Shown here: positions 1 to 12,574 of the stretch, one piece after another
Position numbering within the stretch: position 1 is the first letter of the stretch
Layout of the letters: every line of letters begins with the position of its first letter
Assembly (NCBI RefSeq): GCF_004010195.1
Contig: NC_057728.1
Span: 51,134,322-51,196,373, forward strand
Length of the DNA: 62,052 nucleotides
Reading direction: 5' to 3'
Origin: Chiloscyllium plagiosum
Taxonomy: Eukaryota
Translations under genes and position numbers: made by a program
Notes under the pieces: model-generated
The model's input: only the letters and a program-made list of their open reading frames with translations
What the model was told of the DNA's origin: nothing
Databases searched by the model: none

Positions 1-361
1 ACAACAGCCAGTTGGCTTCCAGAAGACAGTTTGATGCAAAGCTAGAAATAGGAGTGGGTATAGGCCATTCGGCCCATTGAGTCTGCTGTGTCATTCAACA
101 TGATCATAGCTGATCTTGGGCTTTAGTGACACTTTCCTGCTCACTCCCTTTATCACGTGCTTCCCGAGAGATGAAAGATCTGCGTATCCCAGCCTTAAAC
201 GTATTCAATGATGAAGAATCCTCCGTGGCAGAGGACCTTTTGAGTGAATTAATTTTTCCTTACCTTTAGTTGTAATTGTTCAGCCCTTTTATTCTTGATA
301 CTGAGAATTACATTAATTAATTAATTGAGCTTCTTGCTGAACCCTCTTTGCTGGGTTTAAG

Positions 362-685
362 GTGATGTTGGACGGGGAGACTAGGACCCGTGGGCACAGC
401 CTTAGAATTAGAGAGGGTCAAGTTAGAACGGAAATTAGGAGATATTTCTTCAGCCAGAGAGTGGTGGGCCTGTGGAATTCATTGCCACGGAGTGCAGTGG
501 AGGCAGGGACATTAAATGTCTTCAGGGCAGAGGTTGATAAATTCTTGATCTCACAAGGAATTAAGGGATACGGGGAGAGTGCGGGTAAGTGGAATTGAAG
601 TGCCCATCAGCCATGATTAACTGGCGGAGTGGACTAATTGGGCCATATGGCCTTACTTCCACTCCTATGTCTTATGGTCTTATGA
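362..685 (+). mobile_element. CR1-type LINE 3' fragment
   Basis: ORF2 C-terminus TRTRGHSL...FFSQRVVGLWNSLP followed by a (tcttatgg)n tail. Confidence 0.85.
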
Positions 686-1689
686 TCAAGCGTCCTTTGG
701 ACAAAACCTTTAGTTAGTGGTGCCCACATCCTGTGACTGAATAAAATAAAATTGGTCTGTGCCATAAACCTCACATAACCAAACTGCATTAGATGTTTTA
801 AAGGTGCTTAAACCGTTAGTTAATTTAAAGTTCATGAAATTTGATCCTGGCTAAATATTCACTACCCTGTTTAATTATTTTTTTTGAAGCCAATCAAACC
901 AAATTAAAAGAGCTTTAAAAGACCACTGTAATTTAAGATTGAATTATAATTTTGTTTTGGACAGAGATTAAAAACAATCCAGGCTTCCTGGTGTCCAGTG
1001 ATCATGAAAGCCGTGGAGTGTGCTAATGACCATTGCAGGCTCTTTCTTCAAGGACAGCTGGAATATCTCCTGTTTATAGATTCTCTTCTTATGTCGGCTA
1101 ATCAGAACTAAAGACACCCGTTCAAGTCTTCGAGCCTGATATCTTGCGATTAAATCAGCGTTAATCTGTATCCTAATCCCATTTACCCTTAACATCCTTT
1201 ACCTCATAGAAATCTGACAGTCTCAGTCCTGAACATTTTAATTGATCAGTCTTTTGGAGAGGGGAGAGGTTTCACAGGTAGATTTCCATCCGAGACAACA
1301 TTTTTAAATGTGTCTAATCTGATGTAATTTAGCATGTTTCGATGATGCAAGAACCGGAATTTTAAAATGATTTCATTTTGAAGAAGTTAATGCAAGTGCA
1401 CGCAACATTGTGACAGTGCAGTTCGATTCTGCAGGGAAGTGATTGCGATTTAAATATTCCATTCCTAACTGAAGGCAAAACTAAACCTTCACTTGGTGCC
1501 ACGATGTTCATTCACCCAGGTCCAACTAAAATAGTTCACAAGTTTTCAGTTGCAGTGGATTGACAGAATGTGGTTGTGAAATTCTGCTTTGCCCTTTGGT
1601 TTCATCCCTATACCCCAATTACTGCTGCTTACCTGCTGTTCATTCATTTGATCACCAGTGTCAGGGGAGGCTGCCTTTGAGTTGAAGTA

Positions 1690-2070
1690 TTCAGTGACAC
1701 TTGCGAATGCAGAAGGTTGTGGGTTTGAGTCCCACTGAATGGCTGTGAGCACAGAAATCTAAGTTTCCTCTTACAGCGCAGGACTAGAGGGTGTGCTGCA
1801 CTGTTGGTGTTAAGCTGAGGCCCCACCTCTTCTCTCAGTGAGCATAAAAGTTGCTCCGACGAAAGGCGAGAGAGGTGGCACTCCTGACCTAACCTCTGAA
1901 TTCAAAACCAATATTCTTGACATTGTGACTTGCACTTTGTGGGAGCTTGCTGTGCACAGTCGGCCGCTGGGGTTTCTACACAGTAACATTGACTCTGACT
2001 GGCTGGGGCATGGCAGGGAGGGGTTGCTGGTTCCCTCGAAAGGTGCTATGTAAGTGGAAGCTTTTGTTTT
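1690..2070 (+). mobile_element. Degenerate Deu-domain SINE (SacSINE1/AmnSINE1-like)
   Basis: tRNA-like head (gaaggttgtgggtttgagtcccact), gagggtgtgctgcactgttgg, and tail gtgggagcttgctgtgcac...aaaggtgctatgtaa. Family recognised from memory. Confidence 0.55.
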
Positions 2071-2127
2071 CTCATGTGTTCACTCTGCGTTTCCTACACG
2101 TGATTAATGCTGATTTGTCTCTTCCAG

Positions 2128-2319
2128 CTCTGTGGCTGTGGACTCCTGGGAGTGGGAATATGGCTGTCAGCTACACAAGGCAGCTTCGCCACCTTAGCAC
2201 CGAGTCTGCCTTCGCTCTCAGCTGCCAACCTGCTCATTGCCATTGGGACCATTGTGATGGTGGTCGGATTTCTGGGGTGTCTCGGTGCCATCAAGGAAAG
2301 CAAGTGCCTCCTTTTAAGT
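2128..2319 (+). CDS. Tetraspanin (TSPAN9/TSPAN4-like), internal coding exon: end of TM1, EC1, TM2
   Basis: cttccag|CTC...AGT|gtgagt; 192 nt, phase 0. Encodes LCGCGLLGVGIWLSATQGSFATLAPSLPSLSAANLLIAIGTIVMVVGFLGCLGAIKESKCLLLS, closely matching TSPAN9/TSPAN4. The first coding exon (~21 aa) was not found in the window. Confidence 0.95.
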
Positions 2320-2724
2320 GTGAGTGACTATTAATACCCAGCAGGCGTGGCTGAGGCTGTGGTTGAAGCAGCCAGTAAGACGTGCATTACATAGAGAACT
2401 GTGGCTGACTGATTGCTGTCGGTGAGGACGGCATTGTCCTGTCTGGCTGCTTGGTTTATGTGTGTATCCGTGGGGTCAGTGTGTGTGTGTGTGTGTGTGT
2501 GTATACCTTACCGTTCTACAACGAAAACAATTATGCCAGGGTATACCGTTAAGGCCTGATTCAGCATCCAATATGATTATTGCCTTCAACTGATAGTCTG
2601 AGAGACCAGCAATCTGTCTTGAAATGTATTCAGTTATGTAAAAAAAGTGTCCTTAAATTTATTCAATAATGAAGCGTCAATAAAATTCTGTAGCACATAA
2701 GTCGGAAGATCCTCAATTGTTTAA

Positions 2725-3047
2725 GGGTGGCACGGTGACTCAGTGGTTAGCACTGCTGCCTCACAGCGCCAGGGTCCCAGGTTCGATTGCAGCCTCTGGT
2801 GGCTGTTGTATGGAGTTTGCACGTTCTCCCCGTGTCTGCGTGGGTTTCCTCCAGGTGCTCTGGTTTCCGTTCACAATCCAAAGGATGAGCAGGTCAGGTG
2901 AATTAGTCATGCTAAATTGCCCATGGCGTTAGGTGCATTAGTCAGGGCTAAATATGGGGAATGGGACTGGGTGGGTGACTCTTCGGAGGGTTGGCGTGGA
3001 CTTGTTGGGCCGAAGGGCCTGTTTCCACACTGTAGGGAATCTAATCT
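2725..3047 (+). mobile_element. HE1-type tRNA-derived V-SINE
   Basis: ggtggcacggtg(g/a)ctcagtggttagcactgctgcctcacagcgccaggg head with A/B boxes, V-core, and a CR1-like tail ending ctaatct. Confidence 0.9.
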
Positions 3048-3249
3048 CATTTCGGGGAAAATATCTGTCCTCATTCCAGTCCTAAACAATTCATCACTTT
3101 TCCCGAGTCTCTGTGTCTTACATTCCCCATCCAGGGAGACTCAATACTCAATGTCTTCCCTGTCAACTCCCTGAGAATCTTTCCTGTTTCAATAAGATCA
3201 TCTCTCATTTGTTTAATCTCCAAACATTACCAATACAATATACTCAATT

Positions 3250-3562
3250 GGGGCAGCATGGTGGCTCAGTGGTTCGGACTACTGCCTCACAGCGCCAGGG
3301 ACCTGGGTTCAACTCCAGCCTCGGGCGATTGTCTGTGTAGAATTTGCATTTTCTCCCTGTGTCTGCGTGGGTTTCCTCCCACAACCCAGCAGGTCAGGTG
3401 ACTTGGCCATGCTAAATTGCCCATAGTATTCAGGGATGTGTAGGTTAGGTGCATTAGTTAGGGGTAAATATAGGGGAATGGATCTGTGTGGGTTACTCTT
3501 CGGAGGGTCAGTGTGGACTTCTTGGGCCAAATGGCCTGTTTCCACACTGTAGGGATTCTATG
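3250..3562 (+). mobile_element. HE1-type SINE
   Basis: Same family as 2725-3047. Confidence 0.88.
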
Positions 3563-3664
3563 ATTCCATCTCCCAATGTAAAACAGCCCTCACTCCAGGA
3601 GTTGATCTGACACAATTCCAGTGCCAGTATATTCTTCCATAAATATGGAAATCAAAATTGCGCA

Positions 3665-4310
3665 CTGTACTCTGAGTGCAGATACATAGTTGCTTGAAAA
3701 TGCTATCACAGATAGGCAGGGTGCTGAAGGAGGCATTTGGCATGCATGCCTTCAGTCAGAGCATTGAGTACAGGAGTTGGGACATCATGTTACAGCTGTA
3801 CAAGACCTTGCTAAGGCCACATTTGGAATACTGCAAACAATTCTGGTCGTCCTGCTATAAGAAGGATGCTATTAAACTGTAAAGGGTGCAGAAATGGTTT
3901 ACAAGGATGTTACCGAGTCTGGAACATTTGAATTAGGCTGGGACATATTTCCATGACGTATAAGACATTGAGGGGTTACCTTATAGAGGTCCATAAAATC
4001 ATGAGGGACATAGATAAGGTGAATAGCCACGGTCTTTTCCCCAGGGTAGGGGAGTCCAAAATTAAAGGGCATAGGCTTAAGGTGAGAGAGGTACGATTTA
4101 AAAGTGACCTGAGGGGCAACTTTTTCACACAGAGGATGGTGCATATATGCCAGAGAAAGTGGTAGAGGTGAGTACAATTACAACATTTAAAAGATAGGTC
4201 CATGGTTTGGAAAGGTTTGGAGGAATATGGGCCACATGCAGGCAAAGTTCTGCCTGGTTGGCATGGACAAGTTGGGCCGAGGGATCTGTTTCCATGCTGT
4301 ATGACTCCGA
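3665..4310 (+). mobile_element. CR1/HER1 LINE 3' fragment
   Basis: LYKTLLRPHLEYC..FWS, then GHRLKVR...FFTQR, then a 3' tail shared with HE1. Confidence 0.88.
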
Positions 4311-4774
4311 CTCCAGAGATGTCTCACCAATTCCCTGTAACATTTATAGCTGTACCTGTTTTATTCCTGTACAGCGATCCTTTTGCAGTGAAGGTCAACA
4401 TGCCATTTGACTTCTGAATTGCTTGCTGTACCTGCATGCTGACTTAGCATTCCTTGCACTAGTGCAGCTAAACCTCTCTGAAAGTCAACATAAGCCAGCT
4501 AAATCCCTTCCTCCTTCTCTTCTTACTACCAAAGTGAATAACCTCACACTTTCCCCACGTTGTACTCCACCTGCTAACTTGTTACCCTCTCATTAACCTG
4601 TCTGCATCCATTTCCATCTTTTTTTCATTCTTGCTACATTACTCTGTCTCTTTGTCTCAGTCGATGACATAGATAGTAGCTAGGCCAAGAGTCAAAATAA
4701 TTTTTTCTTTCGAGAATGTCTCTTGAGATTTACCCAATGACTTCCTTTTGATTTTTGGAAGTGCTTTGTTATTC

Positions 4775-5170
4775 ACAGAGTACAGCACAGAAACAGACCC
4801 CTCAGTCCAACTTGCCCATGCCCACCAGATATCCTAAATTAATCTAGTCCCATTTGCCAGCACTTGGCCCATATCCCTCTAAACTCTTCCTACTCATAAA
4901 CCCAACCACATGCCTTTTGAAATGTTGTCATTGTACCAGCCTCCACCACTTCCTCTGGCAGCTCATTCCATACACACACCACTTTTTGTATGAAAATATT
5001 GCCCTTGGGTCACTTTTAAATCTTTCCCCTCTCACCTTAAATCTATGCCGCTAGTTTTGGACTCGTCCACCCCAGGGAAAAAAGCCTTTATTTTTCAACC
5101 TATCCATGCCCCTTATGATTTTATAAAGTTCTATAAGTTGTCCCCCTCAGCCTCCGACACTCCAGGAAAA
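4775..5170 (-). mobile_element. CR1/HER1 LINE 3' fragment
   Basis: Reverse complement of the same CR1 3' region. Confidence 0.8.
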
Positions 5171-5597
5171 ATAGCACCAATGATGGTATTTGCGGTAATA
5201 CTGTTATAGAGCAACACTATTTTCTGTATTTGTGCTGAATTTTTGAGAGTCCCTCTTTTACTTGGATAAGATATCACAAATAGCCTGTAATTCTGCTTTT
5301 CGGACATAGCCCAACACAAGGGGGATCTGCACCAACCTCTCCCACACCCACTGCCCTGGACTGACATGAGTGTCACAGTATGCAATTTACTTATTCATTC
5401 TTGGCCAATTTCCAAACAGAAGGTGTCTTAACCAGTGATCAGTGATTGCTTCCATGGTAATTAATTCTTCTCTGCCTAATTGGAAAGAGTCCACATCCCA
5501 CTGGCCTCTTGCATAGTTACGGATTATACGATTATCTCAGTCATTCACTGCTCCCTCTGTGTACAACCTCAAGTGAGGAACTCAAAACTGGATGCAA

Positions 5598-6080
5598 CAG
5601 AGGGAAGCGACGGCCTAGTGGTACCACTGCCGGACTGTTAATCCAGGATGCATTCTGGGGACCCAGGTTCAAATCCTGCCAAGGCAAATTGTGGAATTTG
5701 AATTCAACAAAATCTGGAATTGAGTCTCATGATGACCACGAATCCATTGTTGATTGTCAGAAAAAATCCATCTGACTCACTAATGTCCTTTAGGGGAGGA
5801 AGCTGCCATCCTTACATGTGACACCAGACCCACAGTCCACTCTGCAAGTTCCCTGCCTCTATTTCTGATCGAGGGCTTTTGCCCAAAACGTCAATTTTCC
5901 TGCTCCTCGGATGCTGCCTGACCTGCTGTGCTTTTCCAGCACCACTCTAATCTAGAATCTGGTTTCCAGCATCTGCAGTCCTTGTTTTTACCACAGTAAT
6001 ATGGTTTAATCTTAACAGCCCCAATGGGCAAGTTGTGATGGGCATTAAATGCTGCTCCTGCCAATGAATGAATTTTTAAA
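5598..6080 (+). mobile_element. Second tRNA-derived SINE family copy interrupted by a Penelope-derived pLTR fragment (~5845-5990)
   Basis: SINE head/body (ctagtggtacc...gggacccaggttcaaatcc...ggaagctgccatccttac) is split by ctgatcgagggcttttgcccaaaacg...ccagcatctgcagt; ccacagt occurs on both sides. Confidence 0.65.
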
Positions 6081-6990
6081 AATCTAGTTGTAGCCTAACA
6101 TTTGCGTTATCCCTGAGCTTGTTTGCTCTATATCCTCATTTAAATAATTACTGTCTATTTGCTATTTTTCCTTATTGAAAACCCGTGCATTACCCTTAAA
6201 GCTGCCTTCAATTGCTTCCCAGAACTGAATCACGATCCCAAAATGGTAACACACTCCTCACTCTAATCCAACTTGGGCACTGTGCACAGTAAAACTATCC
6301 ATTTCTCAGGGTGTCTTTTCTCCTTTAATCTTCTCTCCTTGTGATGTGGGCCCAGATATGTTACTCCCCACCGATTGCCCCTGGAGAAGGTGGTATTGAG
6401 CTGCTGTGGTCCTTGTGCTGTAGGTAGACCCATGGTGCTCTTAGGGAGCTAGCTCCGGGATTTTGACCCAGCAACGCTGAAGAAAGGGTGATAGATTTTC
6501 CAAATCGGATGGCGAGTGGCTTGGAGGGGAACTTGGAGACGATGGCCCTCGTCATTTTGCAGTTCTTGTCCAGCCCAGGAGGAGGTAGTGGTGTCAGTGT
6601 TTGTTGTGCATCCTGCCCAGGTACTACTGAAAGGAGAATAGCTACATCTTAAGTTTCATTTGAGGGATCTTCCTGTGAACAGACTTTAGTGTCAAAAAGT
6701 GTGGTGCTGGAAAAGCACAGCCGGTCAGGCAGCATCTGAGGAGCAGGAGACTCAACATTTTGAGCCCTTGTTCAGGAATATGGACAGACTTTGCCCACTG
6801 AATGACTAACTGCACCTCCTGGAGATGCCATTGGTGTGATGTACGCTCCGTAGGATGCTACGCGAATGTAACTGCTATATTTAAGCTGTCTGAATGTCAG
6901 AAAGGTGATTGGTGTTTCCTGCCATGTTTGAGTTATGGTATTCCGAATTCCCACCTGCTTTAATAATGTGCTCTTCTCTTTCTGTTCCAG

Positions 6991-7065
6991 TTTTTCATTG
7001 TCCTGCTGATCATTTTCTTTATGGAGCTGATCCTCGTCATTCTGTTCTTCGTGTACAGGACAGAG
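6991..7065 (+). CDS. Tetraspanin exon: TM3
   Basis: ttccag|TTT...GAG|gtaggt; 75 nt; FFIVLLIIFFMELILVILFFVYRTE, with the conserved intramembrane Glu. Confidence 0.95.
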
Positions 7066-7349
7066 GTAGGTGTTTGGCCTCACTTTCATGTTGCAACAAA
7101 ACATTGGAAACTTTGATCAGCAAGTCAGAATATAGCAGACTGCTGCATTCCTCATCAATTCACATTAGGGAACAGCTCAGAGGAGCTGCTATGGATAATT
7201 TAATAGGTCCTTGACCAGAGGTGATAAACTCTCCAAAGCTAGGTGAGAGCATTGATTATTTTCCTGCCTTACCTGCTCTGCTAAAGCAAGGTCCAGGGAG
7301 GAGGAAGGACAGATACTACACAACGTCCAGGAGGTGAAGCAGTTGGTGA

Positions 7350-7687
7350 GTGACACGGTGGCTCAGTGGTTAGACACTGCTGTCTCACAGCGTCAGGGAC
7401 CTGGGTTTAATTCCAGCTTTGGCGACTGTCTATGTGGAATTTGCACATCTTCCCTCCATCTGGGTGGGTTTGCTCCGGTTTCCTCCCACAGTCCAAAGAT
7501 GTGCAGGTTAGGTGGATTGGCTATGGGAAATTACCCATGCAGGTTAGATGGGTTAGCTGTGAGAAATACAGGGTTATAAGGGGAGGTGGGGGGGGCGGGC
7601 AGTGAGTCTGGATGGGATACTCTTCAGATGGCTGGTGTGGACTTGATGGACTAAATGGCTTGCTTCCATACTGTAGGGATTCTATGA
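7350..7687 (+). mobile_element. HE1-type SINE
   Basis: HE1 head, core and tail. Confidence 0.85.
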
Positions 7688-9509
7688 GTGGGTAGTGGAA
7701 TTAGTTTAGGATCCACAGCAATGTAGTTGAATCCTGGGATGGGTAATAGTGAGTGCCAGAAACACTCATTCCATGAACAAATGTAAATCAAATGTTACTC
7801 TGGCATCAGTAGAGAACAGCACAGAGCAGAGAGACACTTTTAAAGAGTTAGTTACTTGAGTGCACAGTAACCTGTAAATATACAAAGAATAGATAGTGTT
7901 ACAATACTGAAGAGTATAAATAATTGCTTGCTGGAAATGAAACATTGCAAAGAGGGGACAAGAGGCAAAGCCTTTCATCTTGCACTCATCAAAATTAGGA
8001 GGCCAATAATAACCTGGCAGAAAGGGACATCATTTTACTCAGCAAGAGAAGAGGGTGCTGATTGGTTAGGCCATCGTTGCCATGAGGATGCTACTGAACA
8101 GTTAACTGTCAACCCTAATTCTCAGACCAGGCAGGGAGATTCTGATTGGCTATAGTGTTGTCATGGTAATACAACAGTATTACAGTAGGGGCACCGAGGA
8201 TCATGGGGAAAGGGCAGGAAAGTGGACATGAGGATTCTTGGAGCAAGCTTGAAGGGCTGAACGGCCGACTCCTGTTCCATTTCTTACGGTCTTATTGGCT
8301 GCCTCCATAACTCCGTTTTTTATGCTATAACGTGCATTTCATCAATGTGAATTGGCTATATCGTGATTGATGAATTGTGGACATTGTTTGGATAATGCAA
8401 GCTTTCTGCTGAATGGGTATAGCTATTTTCTATAGCGGCAGGTTACAGAGGGACAAGACTGTCACTTATAGCAGAATAACCTATATGTAGACTAATTCCT
8501 TTACCCTTCATAAAACTGTGTCCTATGCATTATTATAGGTAGCACCTAGTACAAGCAAATGCATCACACTGGGAGTTGGACTGATGGTCTAATTCTCAGC
8601 ACAGTCTAGATTATCTAACGAATAGTTTCCAATAGCAGAATCACATTTAATGATGGATGTACTTTTCTGACTCCGTGAGACCTTATCCTGTATATCAATG
8701 TTTTGTGTGGCACCTAATTAAATACATTATGGAAATCCGAAAAAACCTTTACTATTTCCCTTTTGTGTACCTGAATAGTTGTACCTTCAGAAAAGTCTAA
8801 TGAATTTGATGAATGCTTTCTCCCTTTTGTAAACTACGTCGGCTCTGTCTGATCAAGTTATGATTTTCGAAGTGTACTGTTAGGACTTTGTAACAAGATT
8901 TCCTAACTACTGTCCTCAGGCTAACTAGCTTGCAGTTCCCTGTTTGCACTCTCTCGCTCTCCTTTTATTTTCATTAATGTTGCTCCATGGTTAACATAAG
9001 AAGATCAGGCAGCCCCCGAGAGCGACTGGGATCCAGCTCTTAGTCAGGCACTGGCCAGTGACACCCTCTTCGAAGTTTGAGTGGTTTGAATTTCCTGTGT
9101 CTGTGCTGTTCAAACCCATTCCCACCCATTCTTGGACAATGAGCCTTTGGCAGATTCCCACTCCCCCCATATTTAAAACCAAGGGCTCAGGGGAATGGTT
9201 ATTTTAAAGAGGGAACTTGAGGGAAAGGTCATTTAGAGCAGACACCTTGTCACTGCTGATCAATAACTGTTTATTAAGGAAACCTGACCTGAAGCTCGCT
9301 AAAGACTCTAGGGCCAAATGTAGTTGTTGGCAGCTCAGCTGCTGGGAAAGGGATGGTTCAATTAACATTTGATCCTGGCCCCATGCTTGTTCCTTCAGTC
9401 ACCACAGCAAGACACCATAGCTGTGTGTTAATTGGTTCCTCAAATGTATTGCACATGGTACCAGGATATGGCTGTCAGATTTGGTGAATTAAATAAAAGA
9501 TGAAAGTTC

Positions 9510-9800
9510 ACCTTATTACAACCTCCTCTCATTACACCCTCCCCTCATTACAGCACTCTCCCCTTGTTGCACAGGTACAGAATTCTCCTCTCATTAGGAC
9601 ACCCTGACCCCTTCACAGTTCACTCCTCTCACTCCAGCATGCCTCCCACCTTATAGGATGCCCCCTCTATACAGTACCTTCCTGTATTATAGCACCTTCC
9701 CTTCATTATGGCAACTACCTCTCATTACAGTGCTGTCCCTTCACTACAGGATCCTCCCCTGGTTACAGTACCTTCCCTTCATGACGGCACGCATCCCGCT
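9510..9800. repeat. Degenerate short tandem repeat (~17-19 nt, ctcccctcattacagca-like)
   Basis: Recurrent cct(c)tcattaca(g) motifs. Confidence 0.55.
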
Positions 9801-10433
9801 TGCAGCATCTCTCCTTTCATTGGAAAGTCTGATCAGTCCTCCATCTACTCCTTCAATCTTCCTGTCCTTTGTCCGATGGAACAGTTTGCCTGGGGGCCAT
9901 CTACTCTTCATTGTAACTCGGATGTTACAGTCTGTTGGATAATTTTATCCACGTATCACCTAAGTACCTTGTGCTGAGCCAGGAGATCTGAATTCAAGTC
10001 CCACCACCTCTAATGGTGTGTAATAACGTCTCTGAGCATGTTGATTAAAAATAATTTAAAATGCCTTGTGGAGTTATCAGGAATTGTGTTGACAATGAAA
10101 GCATACATTAACTGGAATAGTCGCAGGATATCATGTGGAAGGCCATTTTAAAAAGAGTACAAGATCATTTACCATTCTCCCTTCTGCCTGTGGAGTTTCT
10201 TTAAAGAGGGATGGGGTAAAGAATGGACTGGTCAGTGTTCCAGATTCTAACCCACTCTGGAGGAGCGTTAGTGTAACACCAGGGTGGCCTAACATAATAA
10301 AATAATGCAACTAATTCATATTTAATTTCAGATTCTGTACTTATGGAAAATCATGTTCAGTTAGGTTTGATGTATTTGTTATAGAAAAGCTCTAATTGCC
10401 TTTGTACTGAGTGGCCTGACATGGAAGGCATTA

Positions 10434-10946
10434 GTCAAGATTAGAGTGGTGCTGGAAAAGCACAGCAGGTCAGGCAGCATCCGAGGAGCAGGAAAATCGG
10501 CGTTTCATGCAAAAGCCCTTCATCAGGAATGAAGGCAGGGAGCCTCCGGGGTGGAGAGATAAATGAGAGGGGGTGGGATTGGGGAGAAGGTAGCTAAGAG
10601 TGCAATAGATGGATGGAGGTGGGGAGGAAGGTGATAGGTCAGAGAGGAGGGTGGAGTAGGTAGATGAGAAGGGAGATTGGCAGGTAGGATAGATCATGAG
10701 GATGGTGCTGACCTGGAAGATTGGAACTGGGGTAAGGTGGGGGGAGGGGAAATGAGGAAACTGGTGAAATCCACTCTCTCCCATTTATCTCTCCACCCCG
10801 GAGGCTCCCAGTCTCATTCCTGATGAAGGGCTCCTGCCCAAAAAGTCGATTTTCCTGCTCCTCGGATGCTGTCTGACCTGCTGTGCTTTTCCAGCACCAC
10901 TCTAATCTTGACTCTGATCTCCAGCATCTGAAGTCATCACTTTTGC
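10434..10946. mobile_element. Penelope-derived fold-back element with hammerhead motifs and TSD
   Basis: About 140-bp inverted arms (10434-10577 and ~10771-10913); TSD catggaag(g/c)catta at 10420-10433 and 10947-10960; CTGATGA-aGGGC-loop-GCxx-(G/A)AAA motif in each arm. Confidence 0.8.
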
Positions 10947-11754
10947 CATGGAAGCCATTAAGCTGTGGGACAGGGCCAGGATGGTAGGTTTTCTTCCCTG
11001 AACGAAATGTGTTTTTGCAACAATGGACAGTAGTTGCTATGGTCACTTGAGACTTGCTTTCAATTCCACAATTATCAATTTGAATTTAAATTCCATGAGC
11101 TACCACAGTGGGATTCGAACCCTGTGTCATCAGGATATCAATCTGAACTTCTGCATTACAGGCCCTATCTTTGCCCCAAACAATGACAAACTGATGTGAT
11201 TTCTTTGCAGGGCAAACTAAAACAGAGTAGTAATTGGAAAATCAACTCAACTAAAACGGTTTTTAATGGTATATATTCGGATGAGATCCTTTTTGTTATA
11301 TCAATGTGTATTGACAATGCAGGCATTCGGTGAGTATTGTCACATTCAGGGTACAGAGAGTTCTGAGGGATTGTCATATGGCTGATTTGCTACATTTCAT
11401 TGGACCATAATACAACTTTCCATCCAGTTTTGCCTCGGAACATGAGTGGGAATCTGCAAAGTCTTCCAGATTCCCACTCCCAAGTTCAGTTGAAACCGTT
11501 CAGGGTTGGCGAAGAGCAGTTCCTGGGTCATAGTCAGTTGGAGATGAAGACCGATTCAAGCAGAAAAGAACTGTTAAGCCATATTGTGGGGGGAAAAAAA
11601 CCAGATGAATTGCATTGAGTCCGCAGAGTTAGGGACTCAGTGAGAAGTCTGGAACAGCTGAATGGTCCTGTGCTGTTCAAACCTCAACAGAAGGTCTAGG
11701 AATAGCGAGACAGGTAAGTGATGGGAGTCAGAGCTCCAGAAATGTCCTGGGAGC

Positions 11755-11886
11755 TGATGATTTGGAGATGCCGGTGTTGAGCTGGGGTGAACAAAGTTAA
11801 AAATCACACAACGCCAGGTTATAGTCCAACAGGTTTATTTGGAAGCACTAGCTTTCGGAGCGCCGATCCTTCATCAGGTGGTTGTG
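11755..11886 (-). mobile_element. Penelope-derived short element with an intact minimal hammerhead core
   Basis: Minus strand cacCTGATGAaggatcggcgctccGAAAgctagtgcttccaaataaacctgttggactataacctgg. A related degenerate copy lies at ~35140-35260 (+). Confidence 0.7.
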
Positions 11887-12112
11887 CGAGCTGAGAGGAC
11901 TCCAGGAAAGCCATGTGTGTTTGTAAGCAAGAATGAAGGAAACCCACAGGCAGTACTTGTTTTGTGTAACTGAGTGAGACTAGAATTCAGGAAAAATCTG
12001 ACGGGTACTGACATGGTGAAGCTTACCTTTTGTAAGGATTATACCCTGCAGTGCTGTTTCCATGGATCCAGGTCAACATTGTCCCAAGAAAGGAAGGTAC
12101 ACCACAGGTAGC

Positions 12113-12410
12113 AGGTGGTGGTGTAGTGGTAATGACACTGGACTAGCAATCCAGAACTCCAGGCCAACATTCTGGGTTCAAATCACACCAGGGCAGATCT
12201 TGAAATCTGGAAAAGCAAACTCAGCTAATGGTAACCACCTAACTACTGTCAATTGTCATAAAATATCACCCAGTTTGCTAAGAAAGGAAATCTGTCCTTA
12301 CTTGGTCTGACTTACTCCAGATCCATGGCAATGGAGTTGCACCTTAACTGCCTTCTGGGCAAATAGGAATAAATCCTGGTTGAACCACTGATACCTGCCG
12401 CCTCTGAACA
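12113..12410 (+). mobile_element. Second tRNA-derived SINE family
   Basis: gtggtgtagtggtaatgacactggactagcaatccag...ggttcaaatc...aaggaaatctg. Related copies at ~20565-20910, 43810-44105 and 58260-58465. Confidence 0.65.
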
Positions 12411-12574
12411 AATACAGACTGTTCAGTGGGTTTCAAGGTCTGGCCATCAAGTGAAATCCTTTAGAACTCCTAATGAGATTGTGTGACCCACAGTGTCACT
12501 AAAATTTGAGGGGGAGATAGCTGTTAGATGTGTTCTGCAAATATCTGCAAGAACAGCAGGACCTTCATCAGATG

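Noticed and set aside
2725..2800. tRNA-like sequences with A/B boxes (also ~12115, ~46364 and others)
   Set aside because: These are SINE heads continuing into SINE bodies, not tRNA genes.
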